Assembly (NCBI GenBank): GCA_965261395.1
Contig: OZ253462.1
Coordinates: forward strand, 6,080,001 to 6,144,000
DNA: 64,000 bases
Reading direction: 5' to 3'
Origin: Candidatus Latescibacterota bacterium
GTDB taxonomy: Bacteria; Latescibacterota; UBA2968; UBA8231
Shown one piece after another: positions 1 through 9,926 of the stretch. The position numbers and the translations under genes were made by a program. The notes under the pieces are model-generated. The model was not told the origin of the DNA and searched no databases. It worked only from the letters and a program-made list of their open reading frames with translations. Each line of letters begins with the position of its first letter. Positions within the stretch are counted from its first letter, which is position 1.

Positions 1-1
1 G

Positions 2-1876
2 ATGGCCGGTTTCGTCCTCGTCCTCATAATCAGCCGCTTCAACAGTTATATGAAAGAACGCGGCGACCGGATCCACCATATTGAGATGCGGCGTTTCAGC
101 GTCGCCCACGCTGCGTTCATGCTGGGTATCTCCAACATGCGGCGGCGCAAACTGCGCACCGGCCTGACCTTGACGACCCTGGTGCTGCTGACGTTTACGG
201 TGCTTTCCTTTGCCTCGTACGAGAGCCGGGCGCGCTTTATCTCGCTACCCCTTGAGCACGAGGGTGAGTACGAGGGCATTCTGGCCCGCAACCGGGCCTG
301 GAATCCCTTGGGCCAGCCCATGCTGGATTACATCCGCTCCCACTTTTCCGCGGTCGGCCCGATCAGCCCGCGCAACTGGTTCATTTTGCAAGAGGACAAA
401 AAGACCTACCTCGAAGCGGCGGCTGGGCGGCAATTGGTACGGACCTACGGCTTGCTCGGCCTAAGCCCCCAGGAAACCGGCATCACCGGCGTTGATCAGG
501 CCCTAGTCGCCGGGCGCTTTTTCACTGCCGCAACCGAGGCTAGTTGTCTGCTGCCCTTGCCGATGGCCGAAGCCCTAGGTTTGGGTGTCAGTGACTTGGG
601 ACGCGCTCAAGTGCAGGTAATGGGCAAAAAATTGACCGTGGTAGGCTTGCTCGATCCAGAGACCTTCAACGGTATCCGCGATCTAGATGACGGCCCGCTG
701 ACACCCGTGGACTTTGAGCTGTCCCAATCCGCTGGCAGTACCTTGCAGATCAACCAAAGCGCGGCCACGACAGCTACTGCCTCCCAGTATCGCCCCTATG
801 TACACATACTGCCGGATAACGTGCTCATTGCGCCCTATGAGATCGTGCGCCAAATGGGGGGGCGGCTGCGCTCGGTGGCCGTCGCCTTTGATCGGGAGCG
901 CCTAGACACCGGGGCGGCCCAAGCGTTGCTGGAAGACTTCCTGTTGCGGGTGGCTGTCAGCCTGTTCGTCGGCTTGCGGCAAAACGAAACCGCGACCGTC
1001 GGCGTCTGGGCCTATTCGTCGATTGGGGCGACGGCGATAAAGGGTCTAGGGGTGCTGATCGTACCCATGCTCATCGCCGCCCTCATCGTCCTGAATACCA
1101 TGCTGGGGACGGTGTACGAGCGCCTCAAGGACATTGGCATCTACGCGGCCGTAGGACTGGCCCCGTCCCATATCGCTCTGCTGTTTATCGCCGAAGCCTG
1201 CGCCTATGCGGTTTTGGGTATTACGCTGGGGTACTTGGGGGGCCAGGGGATAGGCTTGGTGCTGAACCACTTGGACATGCTGGGTGGACTCAATTTGAAC
1301 TATTCGTCCCTGGCGGCTGTGTTTTCGGCGCTCATCGTCATGGGGGTGGTCTTGCTGTCAACGGCGTACCCTGCCCGAGTGGCCGCCCGCACTGCGGTTC
1401 CCGACCTAGCGCGGCGCTGGCAGCCCGAGCCGCCGGTGGGTGCGGAGTGGGAATTCCGCTTCCCCTTCTTGGTGTCGGCGGCCGAGGCCAAGGGCCTGTG
1501 CGGCTTTTTGTTGGATTATCTAGCGTCCTACGGCGAGGCATCGATTGGCGCGTTTTACACCGAGGGCACTCTGCTTCAGTCCTTTGCCACTCCTCAAGGT
1601 ACGGCCTACGCTCTCGAAGCTCGGGTGTGGTTAGCACCGCTGGATTTGGGCGTGAGTCAGCACGCAGTACTGTGCATCTGCCCCGAGGAGCAAGCCGATA
1701 TTCACGGCCTAGTGTTCTATCTGCGCTGCCTCAGCGGCGACAACGATTCCTGGCGACGGGCCAACCGCAGTTTCTTACAGGCGATCCGCAAAGAGCTGCT
1801 GATCTGGAATACGCTCAAAGCACCGGAGCGGAGCACTTTTCGGCAGCGGGCGGAGGAACTCCTTCAGCGGCAATAA
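2..1876 (+). CDS. FtsX-like ABC permease family membrane protein, C-terminal part (5' end probably outside window)
   Basis: 'NMRRRKLRTGLTLTTLVLLTFTVLSF' first TM and FtsX motif 'LNTMLGTVYERLKDIGIYAAVGLAP...EA' followed by TM helices; ORF starts at the window edge. Confidence 0.8.
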   Translation: MAGFVLVLIISRFNSYMKERGDRIHHIEMRRFSVAHAAFMLGISNMRRRKLRTGLTLTTLVLLTFTVLSFASYESRARFISLPLEHEGEYEGILARNRAWNPLGQPMLDYIRSHFSAVGPISPRNWFILQEDKKTYLEAAAGRQLVRTYGLLGLSPQETGITGVDQALVAGRFFTAATEASCLLPLPMAEALGLGVSDLGRAQVQVMGKKLTVVGLLDPETFNGIRDLDDGPLTPVDFELSQSAGSTLQINQSAATTATASQYRPYVHILPDNVLIAPYEIVRQMGGRLRSVAVAFDRERLDTGAAQALLEDFLLRVAVSLFVGLRQNETATVGVWAYSSIGATAIKGLGVLIVPMLIAALIVLNTMLGTVYERLKDIGIYAAVGLAPSHIALLFIAEACAYAVLGITLGYLGGQGIGLVLNHLDMLGGLNLNYSSLAAVFSALIVMGVVLLSTAYPARVAARTAVPDLARRWQPEPPVGAEWEFRFPFLVSAAEAKGLCGFLLDYLASYGEASIGAFYTEGTLLQSFATPQGTAYALEARVWLAPLDLGVSQHAVLCICPEEQADIHGLVFYLRCLSGDNDSWRRANRSFLQAIRKELLIWNTLKAPERSTFRQRAEELLQRQ

Positions 1877-1886
1877 GCTCATAGTG

Positions 1887-3782
1887 CTATCTGGGACGGA
1901 GGCCGCTGCGGCTTAGGGATTCCCAACACCGCATGGGCGATTCTTCGAGTAGCGCAGAGACCTCGGCCTGTAGGTCGCTCGCGGTTTCGCCGTCGGGACG
2001 CAAATAGGCCAAGCGGCTCAGCGCATCCATGGCAAAGCCGACGCAGATGGCGTTCTCGTCGCTGCGGATAACCTCTTGCAAGGCCCGTGCGATCGGCTCC
2101 AGCGCCGGGCCGGTAATCGCGGTGCCGTGGGAACAGAGGATGACCATGGACCACAGGGCATTCTCGCGCACGGCCGAGCGCACCGGCTTGAACCGCTCAA
2201 GGCCAAAATCGACGCCACCACCCTCGCATACATCGCACTCATCGGTGGGCCGCACGAACTTGATGCTCCGCCCTTGCGCTCGGTCCATGGCCAGCCGGTT
2301 TTCCTCGCGGCCCAGACTCTGCACCAGCGCTTTGAGGCAGGCGGGAATCAGTGCTCGGCCGACCCCGGTGGCGACGGCGCGGCGGCCCAGACAGCCGAGG
2401 GTGCCAGCGGCGACGGCCCGGACATATACCGACGGATCTTCCTGCAGGCGCTTCGCCACCATCTGCAAAACCACGTTGTTGAGGGGGCTGGCATCCCCCA
2501 AGCCGTACACGCCCGCCTTGCGGGCCCATTTGATGGGTGAATTCGTCGCTTCGAGTAAGGTGTCGGTAGCCTCCGTGCCAACGGCAATTAGGCCATAGGT
2601 GGCAGCCCGCCGCACACTCTCCCGGTCGTTGGACAGAGCGCGCCTGAGTAGCCGCACGGCCAGCGCCGGGTCGCCGATGGAGGCTAGTTTGTACGCTGCG
2701 CCAATGCGCGCTGGCTCGGCCTCTTCGCCTTTGGCCTGTAGCTGGGTAAATAAACGGCTGGCCTCCGCTTCCCGGTCCGCAGACAATAGGGCGGCCTCTG
2801 GCCTCGGCGGCGGCTTCTGGCCCGTCTGGATCCAGTGGTGGTGATAGCGCCAAACCGAGGTGACGTCGTCATTGGCTGCGGACCGATCAATGCGGGTCAG
2901 CGGGTCCACGCCAAGCCCGTTCCAATGCACTTCGGCTGGCGAGCCGTTGGAGCCGGCGGGATCGGTGGTGCGATAGATCCAGAAGCGCCACATGAAGCGC
3001 GGATTGTCTTGCCAAGTGCGCCAATCGTCGCGGCGGTGGTTGCCCCGGTGGAAGGTATTGTGCGAGTACAACACGACACTGCCGGCGCGCAGCGGGGCCG
3101 CTTCAAAGGACTGCACAAGCGGCCACTTTAGGTTGGTGACCGCCTCCCGCAGGCGCACGTCGTGCGCGGTGCGGCGATGGACAATATCACTGGGGTCGTA
3201 TTGGGAATCGGGGCCACTGACTGGCTGGCCCTCCATGCCGCTGAGGTGGTAGGCGAAATCGAGGTGATCGGCCCCGGCGAAATTGTCGTGGTTTTCTTCG
3301 TGGTTGAAGGTCCAGTAGTGAGAGTAGGGCACGGTTGCCGTCGGGCCCATGTCCTCGCGCACGGCCTGCGGATAGTACAGCATTTCGATCTGCACGGCTT
3401 GGTGGTGGCGCTGTTTACGGCCATTGAACGGGCCGTTGTCGTCCTTGTGCCAGTGCTGGTCGCGGGCACCGCTGGAAAAGGTCGCATTGTGGGTGAACGG
3501 CACAATGGCCCAGTTCTCGCCGACCAATTGGTTGCAGGCCGCGACGACGCCGGGAGCGTTGATTACTTCGAGCACGTCTGGAATGAGTTCGGGCGTGACG
3601 CGCTCGCCGGTGCCGACCGCCTGCTTTTCGCGCTGGTATATCCGCTCGTGGACTGCGGCTGGGATGCCTAGGCTTTCCGGGGCTAGGACGACTAGTCCTC
3701 GGCTGGCGAAGTCCTGTATTAGTTGTTCTGGCTCGCTGTAGGCTAGTGGGGCTGGGGCAGAAGAAAGCTCTTTCGCGGTCAT
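1887..3782 (-). CDS. Phytanoyl-CoA dioxygenase (PhyH)-family domain fused to HEAT/PBS-lyase repeats
   Basis: HxD motif WHKD, distal His in 'HNTFHRG'; C-terminal repeats 'VRRAATYGL','ARKAGVYGLG','VRAVAAGTLG','VRENALWS'. Confidence 0.8.
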   Translation of the reverse strand: MTAKELSSAPAPLAYSEPEQLIQDFASRGLVVLAPESLGIPAAVHERIYQREKQAVGTGERVTPELIPDVLEVINAPGVVAACNQLVGENWAIVPFTHNATFSSGARDQHWHKDDNGPFNGRKQRHHQAVQIEMLYYPQAVREDMGPTATVPYSHYWTFNHEENHDNFAGADHLDFAYHLSGMEGQPVSGPDSQYDPSDIVHRRTAHDVRLREAVTNLKWPLVQSFEAAPLRAGSVVLYSHNTFHRGNHRRDDWRTWQDNPRFMWRFWIYRTTDPAGSNGSPAEVHWNGLGVDPLTRIDRSAANDDVTSVWRYHHHWIQTGQKPPPRPEAALLSADREAEASRLFTQLQAKGEEAEPARIGAAYKLASIGDPALAVRLLRRALSNDRESVRRAATYGLIAVGTEATDTLLEATNSPIKWARKAGVYGLGDASPLNNVVLQMVAKRLQEDPSVYVRAVAAGTLGCLGRRAVATGVGRALIPACLKALVQSLGREENRLAMDRAQGRSIKFVRPTDECDVCEGGGVDFGLERFKPVRSAVRENALWSMVILCSHGTAITGPALEPIARALQEVIRSDENAICVGFAMDALSRLAYLRPDGETASDLQAEVSALLEESPMRCWESLSRSGLRPR

Positions 3783-3815
3783 GTCGATTTATTCACCTTC
3801 CTGTTTAGTTTCATC

Positions 3816-3845
3816 CAATCTAACCACGGGTTCTTTCCCATTCAA
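3816..3845 (-). promoter_or_regulatory. Putative sigma70 promoter for the PhyH-HEAT gene
   Basis: Minus strand TTGAAT-N17-TAGATT upstream of ATG 3782. Confidence 0.4.
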
Positions 3846-3869
3846 TTAGACCACCAATCAGGAGTCATT

Positions 3870-4607
3870 ATGTCGCAAAAGAAGACGCTCAGACAACGCA
3901 TGAAAGACGGCGAGGTGCTAGTCGCCCTGCGCGGCTCGCTGACCACGACCAAGGAGGAATTAGCCGATATATGGTCAACCGGTGAGTTCGACTATATCTG
4001 GATCGACAGCCAGCACACCCCCTTCAGCGAAGAGCAATTGGTCGCCTATTGCAGGGCGGCCGAAGAGTTGGATATCGACGTGCAATTGCGCATCCCGCAC
4101 ACCCGGCATGCCTATATGGTCGGGCGCTATCTCGACTTGGGTCTCAGCGCGGTGCTGATCCCCGAGGTTATGGAGCCCGAGACCGTGGACGACGCCATTG
4201 CCTACGCCTATTACGGCCCCATCGGGCGGCGCAGTTGGGGTGGTGCGAATCGCCGTGGCCTGCGCGGCGTAACTCAGGGGATCGACCGACGCGCCTATGC
4301 GGCGTGGTGGAATGACTACGCGATTTTGGCGATCCAAGTAGAATCCGTCGAAGCGGTGACCAATATTCGCAAGTTGGCCAAGCCGGGCGTGAGTGTAGTT
4401 ACTTTTGGACCCAACGATCTTTCCTTCAGCTTGGAGGATCACCCGGACTATCCGCTGCGCACGGTTGATGACTGTATGCGCAATGTCGCCGCCCAATTGG
4501 CTGGTAGCGGCATTCGTCTGGCTATGGGAACGGGCACTACGCCCGCAGAACGCGATAAGTATCTGGAGATGGGGGTTACGCTCTTCCAAGCGGATGCGCC
4601 GAGCTAG
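3870..4607 (+). CDS. HpcH/HpaI aldolase/citrate lyase family protein
   Basis: 'WIDSQH', 'LRIP', 'YGPIGRRSWG', 'IQVES', 'FGPNDLS' motifs; RBS AGGAG. Confidence 0.85.
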   Translation: MSQKKTLRQRMKDGEVLVALRGSLTTTKEELADIWSTGEFDYIWIDSQHTPFSEEQLVAYCRAAEELDIDVQLRIPHTRHAYMVGRYLDLGLSAVLIPEVMEPETVDDAIAYAYYGPIGRRSWGGANRRGLRGVTQGIDRRAYAAWWNDYAILAIQVESVEAVTNIRKLAKPGVSVVTFGPNDLSFSLEDHPDYPLRTVDDCMRNVAAQLAGSGIRLAMGTGTTPAERDKYLEMGVTLFQADAPS

Positions 4608-4669
4608 CGCTCCCGCGACGGCTTTATATTAATTGTCCATTCTAAACCGACCACTTAGGAGGATACGCC

Positions 4670-5653
4670 ATGTACATCGGATCGCAATTCGGGGAACAGA
4701 CCGACGAAGAAATGAAGGTCTTGTCGCAACTCGGCATCAAAAACGTCGATCAGACGCCTGCCGCGCCGTGGCGGGAATGGAGCGCGGAGATGTTGCTGCA
4801 GATGAAGGAGCGGTGGGCCGAACACGGCATCAGCTTGGAGATGATCCACATTCCCCTAGGCTCGCGCAGCGCCTACCAAAACGGGGCCGGGGCGATCTTT
4901 CTCAAACCGAGCGACGAGCGCGACCGCCAGATCGACTGGATGAAAGAGACCGTGCGGATGGCGGGCGAGGCCGGCATCCGCGGCCTCAACTACAACATCA
5001 CCATCTTGGGGCACTTGCGGACGCCCTCGAAGACGGGGCGCGGTGGTGCCACGGTATCGACCTTCGAGTTGGACAAATTGGATCAGTCGTTGGGCGAGTT
5101 TGAAGACGGGCCGGCCGACGAAGACGAAATGTGGGCGCGCATTGACCACTGGCTGCAGGAGATCATACCCGTGGCCGAAGAATACAAAGTCCAGATGGCC
5201 TGCCATCCGTCCGATCCGGGTATTGGCGTTGGGAATACGTATCGGGGCGTGGCGCGCCCCTTGGGAATGGTCGAAGGGTTCAAAAAGCTGATCGCGCTCT
5301 ACGACAGTCCGTACAACGGGCTGAATTTCTGCCAGGGCTGCATGTCCGAGGCGCTGGCCAATCCGGCGGAGGAGATCTTCGATGTCATTCGCTACTTTGG
5401 CGAGCGCAAGAAGATTTTCAATGTCCACTTCCGCAATATCAAAGGCGGCCTGGGGAGCTTCGTTGAGGTTTTTCCCGACGAAGGCGACATCAACATGATC
5501 CGGGCGCTAAAGGTGTACAAGGAGGTCGGCTACGAGTACATGATCATGCCGGATCACGTCCCCGGGATCGGCGGCCCTGAGCCGGGCAAAGTCGGCTTTG
5601 CCTATACCTTTGGCTATATCCACGCGGCCTTGCAGGCGGTGGAGGAGTCCTAA
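4670..5653 (+). CDS. uxuA: Mannonate dehydratase (UxuA family)
   Basis: 'IIPVAEEYKVQMACHPSDP', 'NGLNFCQG', 'VHFRN', 'FPDEGDINM', 'MPDHVP'; RBS AGGAGG. Confidence 0.8.
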   Translation: MYIGSQFGEQTDEEMKVLSQLGIKNVDQTPAAPWREWSAEMLLQMKERWAEHGISLEMIHIPLGSRSAYQNGAGAIFLKPSDERDRQIDWMKETVRMAGEAGIRGLNYNITILGHLRTPSKTGRGGATVSTFELDKLDQSLGEFEDGPADEDEMWARIDHWLQEIIPVAEEYKVQMACHPSDPGIGVGNTYRGVARPLGMVEGFKKLIALYDSPYNGLNFCQGCMSEALANPAEEIFDVIRYFGERKKIFNVHFRNIKGGLGSFVEVFPDEGDINMIRALKVYKEVGYEYMIMPDHVPGIGGPEPGKVGFAYTFGYIHAALQAVEES

Positions 5654-5654
5654 A

Positions 5655-6596
5655 TCAGGCCTTCTCTTCGGGATAGCTGCACTGCACAATATTCGGCCTT
5701 CTAATGCCGTGGAAGTACCGGCAAATGACCTTATTTGTGCTTATGCATTGGTGCTCGTCCGTGCCGTCGGCTTCGTTCCACGGACACCTGTCTTGGGTCC
5801 GGGAGATGTGGGAATCGGGTAGAAAATTGATGTCGATGTGACCGCTCGTCAGCTCTCGGTATTGAGTCGGAAGTGCCGCTTTGCCCTGAGGGCCGTAGAA
5901 CTCCCTGGCCGCCGGATCCGGATGGTCGCGCCACAGCCGGGCGGGGATCACCATGTCGAGGCTGCCTAGGCTTTTGTCTTGATGGCAGTAGTATATTTGC
6001 ACTGTCTTGCGTTCGCAGTCAGTGGTTCGCACGGTGGCCGTATGTAGCACCGAGGCGTTAAAAAGGATAACCGTTCCGGCCGGACCATAGAGGTACTCGA
6101 TGCCGCCCTTTTCCAGTTGCGCGTCTCTCTCCAGAATAGGGTCTTCAACCGATTCGGGTGAAATGGTAAAACAGTGGGTCTCTTCGTTCACGTCGGTCAG
6201 GTAAACCATCGCCTGGATATAGTTCATGCGCAGCGGATGCCCCTCCAGATGGCGAACGTCCCGGTGCCATTGCTGAGCGATCTTCACGGCGCCGGGGTGC
6301 TCGTCCATGTGCCGGGCGCTGACTTCGAGCAGGCAGAGCGGTCCTCCCATCAACTCGCGCACAATGGGCAGGATCTTGGGGTGCCGGACGATCTCATCCA
6401 CCTCGAACCAGCTTTGTAGGCAATCTGTGTTGCCGGTCTGGTGCGTGTCGTGTCCGAGATAGCGCCACAGATAGGCGTGTTCACTCCGGTTGCGGTCGAA
6501 AAATTGGCGACATCGGGTCATTTCCTCATCGTTTAGGACATTGCCGAGGACCAGATAGCCGTTGTTTTTGAAAAACTCGCAATCTGCTCTCTCCAT
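5655..6596 (-). CDS. PhyH-family Fe(II)/2OG dioxygenase
   Basis: 'FFKNNGYLVL', WHRD, 'VYLTDV', 'AGTVILFNASVLHTA', 'ERKT'. Confidence 0.8.
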   Translation of the reverse strand: MERADCEFFKNNGYLVLGNVLNDEEMTRCRQFFDRNRSEHAYLWRYLGHDTHQTGNTDCLQSWFEVDEIVRHPKILPIVRELMGGPLCLLEVSARHMDEHPGAVKIAQQWHRDVRHLEGHPLRMNYIQAMVYLTDVNEETHCFTISPESVEDPILERDAQLEKGGIEYLYGPAGTVILFNASVLHTATVRTTDCERKTVQIYYCHQDKSLGSLDMVIPARLWRDHPDPAAREFYGPQGKAALPTQYRELTSGHIDINFLPDSHISRTQDRCPWNEADGTDEHQCISTNKVICRYFHGIRRPNIVQCSYPEEKA

Positions 6597-6731
6597 GGGA
6601 GCTACCCCTTTCCGTAGAGATGGATTCCAGCGATTCTTTTCTCGGATGAAAATGTATCTGTAATTCCGGGCAATAACCAGTCAGAATAGGGATTTAGCAA
6701 ACTTCTACAAGAGGCTTCTGGAGGGAACCCC

Positions 6732-9131
6732 ATGGATAAAGTTTCTCCTACAGGCAAACCCTTGGCTGGCACGACTCTCCTCGAAATGGAAGGAGATCTC
6801 GCCGACCAGATGGTAGGGGGCATCAACCGCTTTCTCCAGCGCCAGCTAAAGGCCTCTATCGACCGCCGGGCACGGCACTGGAAACGCGATTTTTCCTCGC
6901 ATGCAAACTACGTCCAATCCAGCGAAAAAAATCGCCAGCGCTTCGCGAAGATCATTGGGCTTATAGATCAACGCCCGGCGGTCCAGCTCCAAGTTATGAC
7001 GGATGTGTCCGGGACAAACGCTCCGCAAGCTCAACTGGCCCAGGGCCGTGGGTACCAGATTTTTGCGGTGCGCTGGACAGTAATCAAAGGCGTCGAGGCA
7101 GAGGGCCTGCTGCTCCAGCCGGATAGGCACCCCCGGGCAGATGTGGTGGCCCTGCCCGACTGCGACTGGACTCCGGAAATGCTTGTGGGTCTGGAATCGG
7201 GGGTGCCCTCGACCGCCCAGTTTGCCCGGCGCTTGGCCGAAAATGGCTGCCGCGTGCTGGTGCCGTTGCTGATCGACCGCCGCACCACCTATTCGGGCGC
7301 AGCTTGGTTGGCCATGACCAACCAGCCACACCGCGAATTTATCTATCGGGCAGCCTTCGAACTGGGCCGGCACATCATCGGCTACGAGGTGCAGAAAATC
7401 TTGGCCGCTGTCGATTGGTTCCAGCACCAGCAAGGAACAAAACGCCCCATCGGTGTCATCGGCTATGGAGAGGGCGCCCTGCTGGCATTGTACGGGGCTG
7501 CTGCCGATACCCGAATTGACGCGACGGCAGTGTGTGGTTACTTCCAAAAACGCGAGACGCTCTGGCGCGAGCCCATATACCGCAACGTTTTTGGCCTATT
7601 GGACGAATTCGGCGATGCGGAACTGGCCACTCTGGTGGCACCCCGGGCCCTCTGTATAGAGGCCTGTCAGCATCCCCAGATCAACGGGCCACCCCCCGGC
7701 TCGACCCCACCTCAGGGAGGCACCCCGGGCGTTCTGCGCACTCCGCCCGTAGGGGAAGTCGAGGGAGAATTTGCACGGGCTCGCCGACTGCTAACGCCCC
7801 TGCGCCCCGCCCCCCGGCACACCATGGTCAAAAATCCTGGAGGTCCGCCGGGCAGCCAGGCCGTTTTAGAGGAATTTTTGCGGGGACTCGGGATAAAATC
7901 CCGGCTGGTCCGGATTGGTCCCATACCTAGGGCACAGCTTCACTCCCCCGACCCGCAGGCCCGCCTAGAGCGCCAGTTTGCCCAGTTACTGGACCATACC
8001 CAGACCCTGCTCGCCGCCGCCCAGTTTCGGCGCAAAGAGTTCTGGGTCCGCAATCCTAGCCGCCGTCTGGACGCGGGAAAAAAAGTAATGCGGCAAGACG
8101 ACTACCTGCCCCGGGTTTGCCCCGGCGATCGGGCCGCCAATGCCGCGACTTGGCAGCGGGCTGCCAGATGGTACCGCCGTTATTTTTGGGATGAAATCAT
8201 CGGCCGTCTGCCCAAGCCACGCATGGCGCTCAAACCGCGCACCCGCCAGATATACGACGAAGCACAATACCGGGGTTACGAGGTGGTGTTGGATGTATAT
8301 CGGGATGTTTTCGCCTCTGGCACTCTGTTGGTACCCAAAAGCATAAAAGAAGGGGAAGAACGCCCGCTCGTAGTCTGCCAGCACGGCTTGGAAGGACGGC
8401 CACGGGATGTGGCCGATCCCCAGGTGAACGATCCTTGTTACAATCAGTATGCCTGCCGGCTTGCCGAACGCGGCTTCGTCACCTATGCCCCCCAGAACCC
8501 CTATGTCGGCGAAAATGCTTTCCGCGTCTTAGAGCGGATGGCCAATCCGCTGAAAAGGTCCCTTTTCTCATTTATCGTGCGCCAACACGAGCGCGCGCTA
8601 GAGTGGCTGGCTGCGCTGGCATTCGTCGACCCCAAGCACATGGCCTTCTACGGTCTGAGTTACGGCGGCATGACCGCCATGCGGGTGCCGGCGCTGTTGG
8701 AGCAGTACTGCCTGTCCATCTGCTCGGCCAACTACAACGAGTGGGCTTGGAAGGCTGCCTCGCTGACACCTTATTCCTACATGTTCAGCGAAGAGCACGA
8801 AATGCCCCAATTCGACCTAGCTAACACCTTCAACTATGGGGAAATGAGTTGGCTGATCTGTCCCCGGCCCTTTATGGTGGAACGCGGCCATCGGGATTTA
8901 GTGGCACCAGACGAGTGGGTGGCCTACGAATACGCCCGGACGCGAAGGCACTATGTCTTGTTGGGGCTAGGGGACCGAACGGAGATCGAATTCTTCGACG
9001 GCGGACACACCATCAACGGTCAGGGAACTTTCCGCTTCCTCGAACGGCATCTCAAGTGGCCGAGAAAAAAGTCCATTGACACTTGTGGGGACAATCCCAT
9101 ATTGCTCCACAACAAACATGAGTTAAAATAA
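6732..9131 (+). CDS. Dienelactone hydrolase-like protein with two alpha/beta-hydrolase domains
   Basis: Second domain has nucleophile elbow GLSYGG, 'CQHGLEG' and 'FFDGGHTI'; first domain has GYGEG at the equivalent site. Confidence 0.75.
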   Translation: MDKVSPTGKPLAGTTLLEMEGDLADQMVGGINRFLQRQLKASIDRRARHWKRDFSSHANYVQSSEKNRQRFAKIIGLIDQRPAVQLQVMTDVSGTNAPQAQLAQGRGYQIFAVRWTVIKGVEAEGLLLQPDRHPRADVVALPDCDWTPEMLVGLESGVPSTAQFARRLAENGCRVLVPLLIDRRTTYSGAAWLAMTNQPHREFIYRAAFELGRHIIGYEVQKILAAVDWFQHQQGTKRPIGVIGYGEGALLALYGAAADTRIDATAVCGYFQKRETLWREPIYRNVFGLLDEFGDAELATLVAPRALCIEACQHPQINGPPPGSTPPQGGTPGVLRTPPVGEVEGEFARARRLLTPLRPAPRHTMVKNPGGPPGSQAVLEEFLRGLGIKSRLVRIGPIPRAQLHSPDPQARLERQFAQLLDHTQTLLAAAQFRRKEFWVRNPSRRLDAGKKVMRQDDYLPRVCPGDRAANAATWQRAARWYRRYFWDEIIGRLPKPRMALKPRTRQIYDEAQYRGYEVVLDVYRDVFASGTLLVPKSIKEGEERPLVVCQHGLEGRPRDVADPQVNDPCYNQYACRLAERGFVTYAPQNPYVGENAFRVLERMANPLKRSLFSFIVRQHERALEWLAALAFVDPKHMAFYGLSYGGMTAMRVPALLEQYCLSICSANYNEWAWKAASLTPYSYMFSEEHEMPQFDLANTFNYGEMSWLICPRPFMVERGHRDLVAPDEWVAYEYARTRRHYVLLGLGDRTEIEFFDGGHTINGQGTFRFLERHLKWPRKKSIDTCGDNPILLHNKHELK
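9076..9112 (+). promoter_or_regulatory. Putative promoter with overlapping imperfect inverted repeat upstream of the TIM-barrel isomerase
   Basis: TTGACA at 9076-9081; TTGTGGGGACAAT...ATTGCTCCACAA (9083-9112); AT-rich stretch before ATG 9135. Confidence 0.35.
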
Positions 9132-9134
9132 AAA

Positions 9135-9923
9135 ATGCAAAAAAAAGGCGTTTCCTTTTCCGTTTTCACCAAAATGTGGAAGGACAAATCTCCAACCGAA
9201 CTCGGAGAGTTTGTACTCGATCTGGGCTTCGACGGCATTGAACTGCCCGTGCGTGCGGATTATCCAGTGCCCCCCGAAAGTGTTGGACGCGACTTGCCCA
9301 AAGCGGCAAGGGAACTCGGCGCTTTGGGTGTCGCCATTACCAGTGTGGCCGGACCGACGGACGAAGCAACCATTGCGGCTTGCGGCGCTGCCGGAGTTCC
9401 GGTCATTCGCACCTGTCCAGCTATCGCTACCAGGGGGTATTTGGCCAGCGTAGAAGGTCACCAGCGAGCCTTTGACGCCCTGATTCCCTTGCTCGACAAA
9501 CACGGGGTCGCTTTGGGTATCCAAAATCACGAAGGCCAATGGGTGTGCAATGCCATGGGCATTAAACACCTAATCGACCGCTACGATCCCAGCCATATCT
9601 GCGCCATACCCTGTGCCGGGCACACTGCTCTCAACGGAGAATCCCCCGAGATGGCGATCGATATCGTCTGGTCGCATCTGTCCCAATTCAAGCTCAAGAA
9701 TGCATACTGGCGGCGGCAGACCGAACCGGAAGCGGAAAACGTGGAATGGCGTCCTTATTGGACCACGGGACGGCAGGGTCTGGCTTCGTGGCCGCGGTCG
9801 GTCGCGGAACTGAAACGAAGGGGCTTCAGCGGTGTCGTCTGCATGGATGCCGAATACCACGATGCAGCCTCCACAGAGCGACTCCTCGCCGAAGACCTGG
9901 CCTTCGTCAAATCTCTGTTTTGA
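9135..9923 (+). CDS. Sugar phosphate isomerase/epimerase (xylose isomerase-like TIM barrel, AP_endonuc_2)
   Basis: 'LGFDGIELPVR', 'IQNHEG', 'LKRRGFSGVVCMDAEY'. Confidence 0.8.
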   Translation: MQKKGVSFSVFTKMWKDKSPTELGEFVLDLGFDGIELPVRADYPVPPESVGRDLPKAARELGALGVAITSVAGPTDEATIAACGAAGVPVIRTCPAIATRGYLASVEGHQRAFDALIPLLDKHGVALGIQNHEGQWVCNAMGIKHLIDRYDPSHICAIPCAGHTALNGESPEMAIDIVWSHLSQFKLKNAYWRRQTEPEAENVEWRPYWTTGRQGLASWPRSVAELKRRGFSGVVCMDAEYHDAASTERLLAEDLAFVKSLF

Positions 9924-9926
9924 GCG

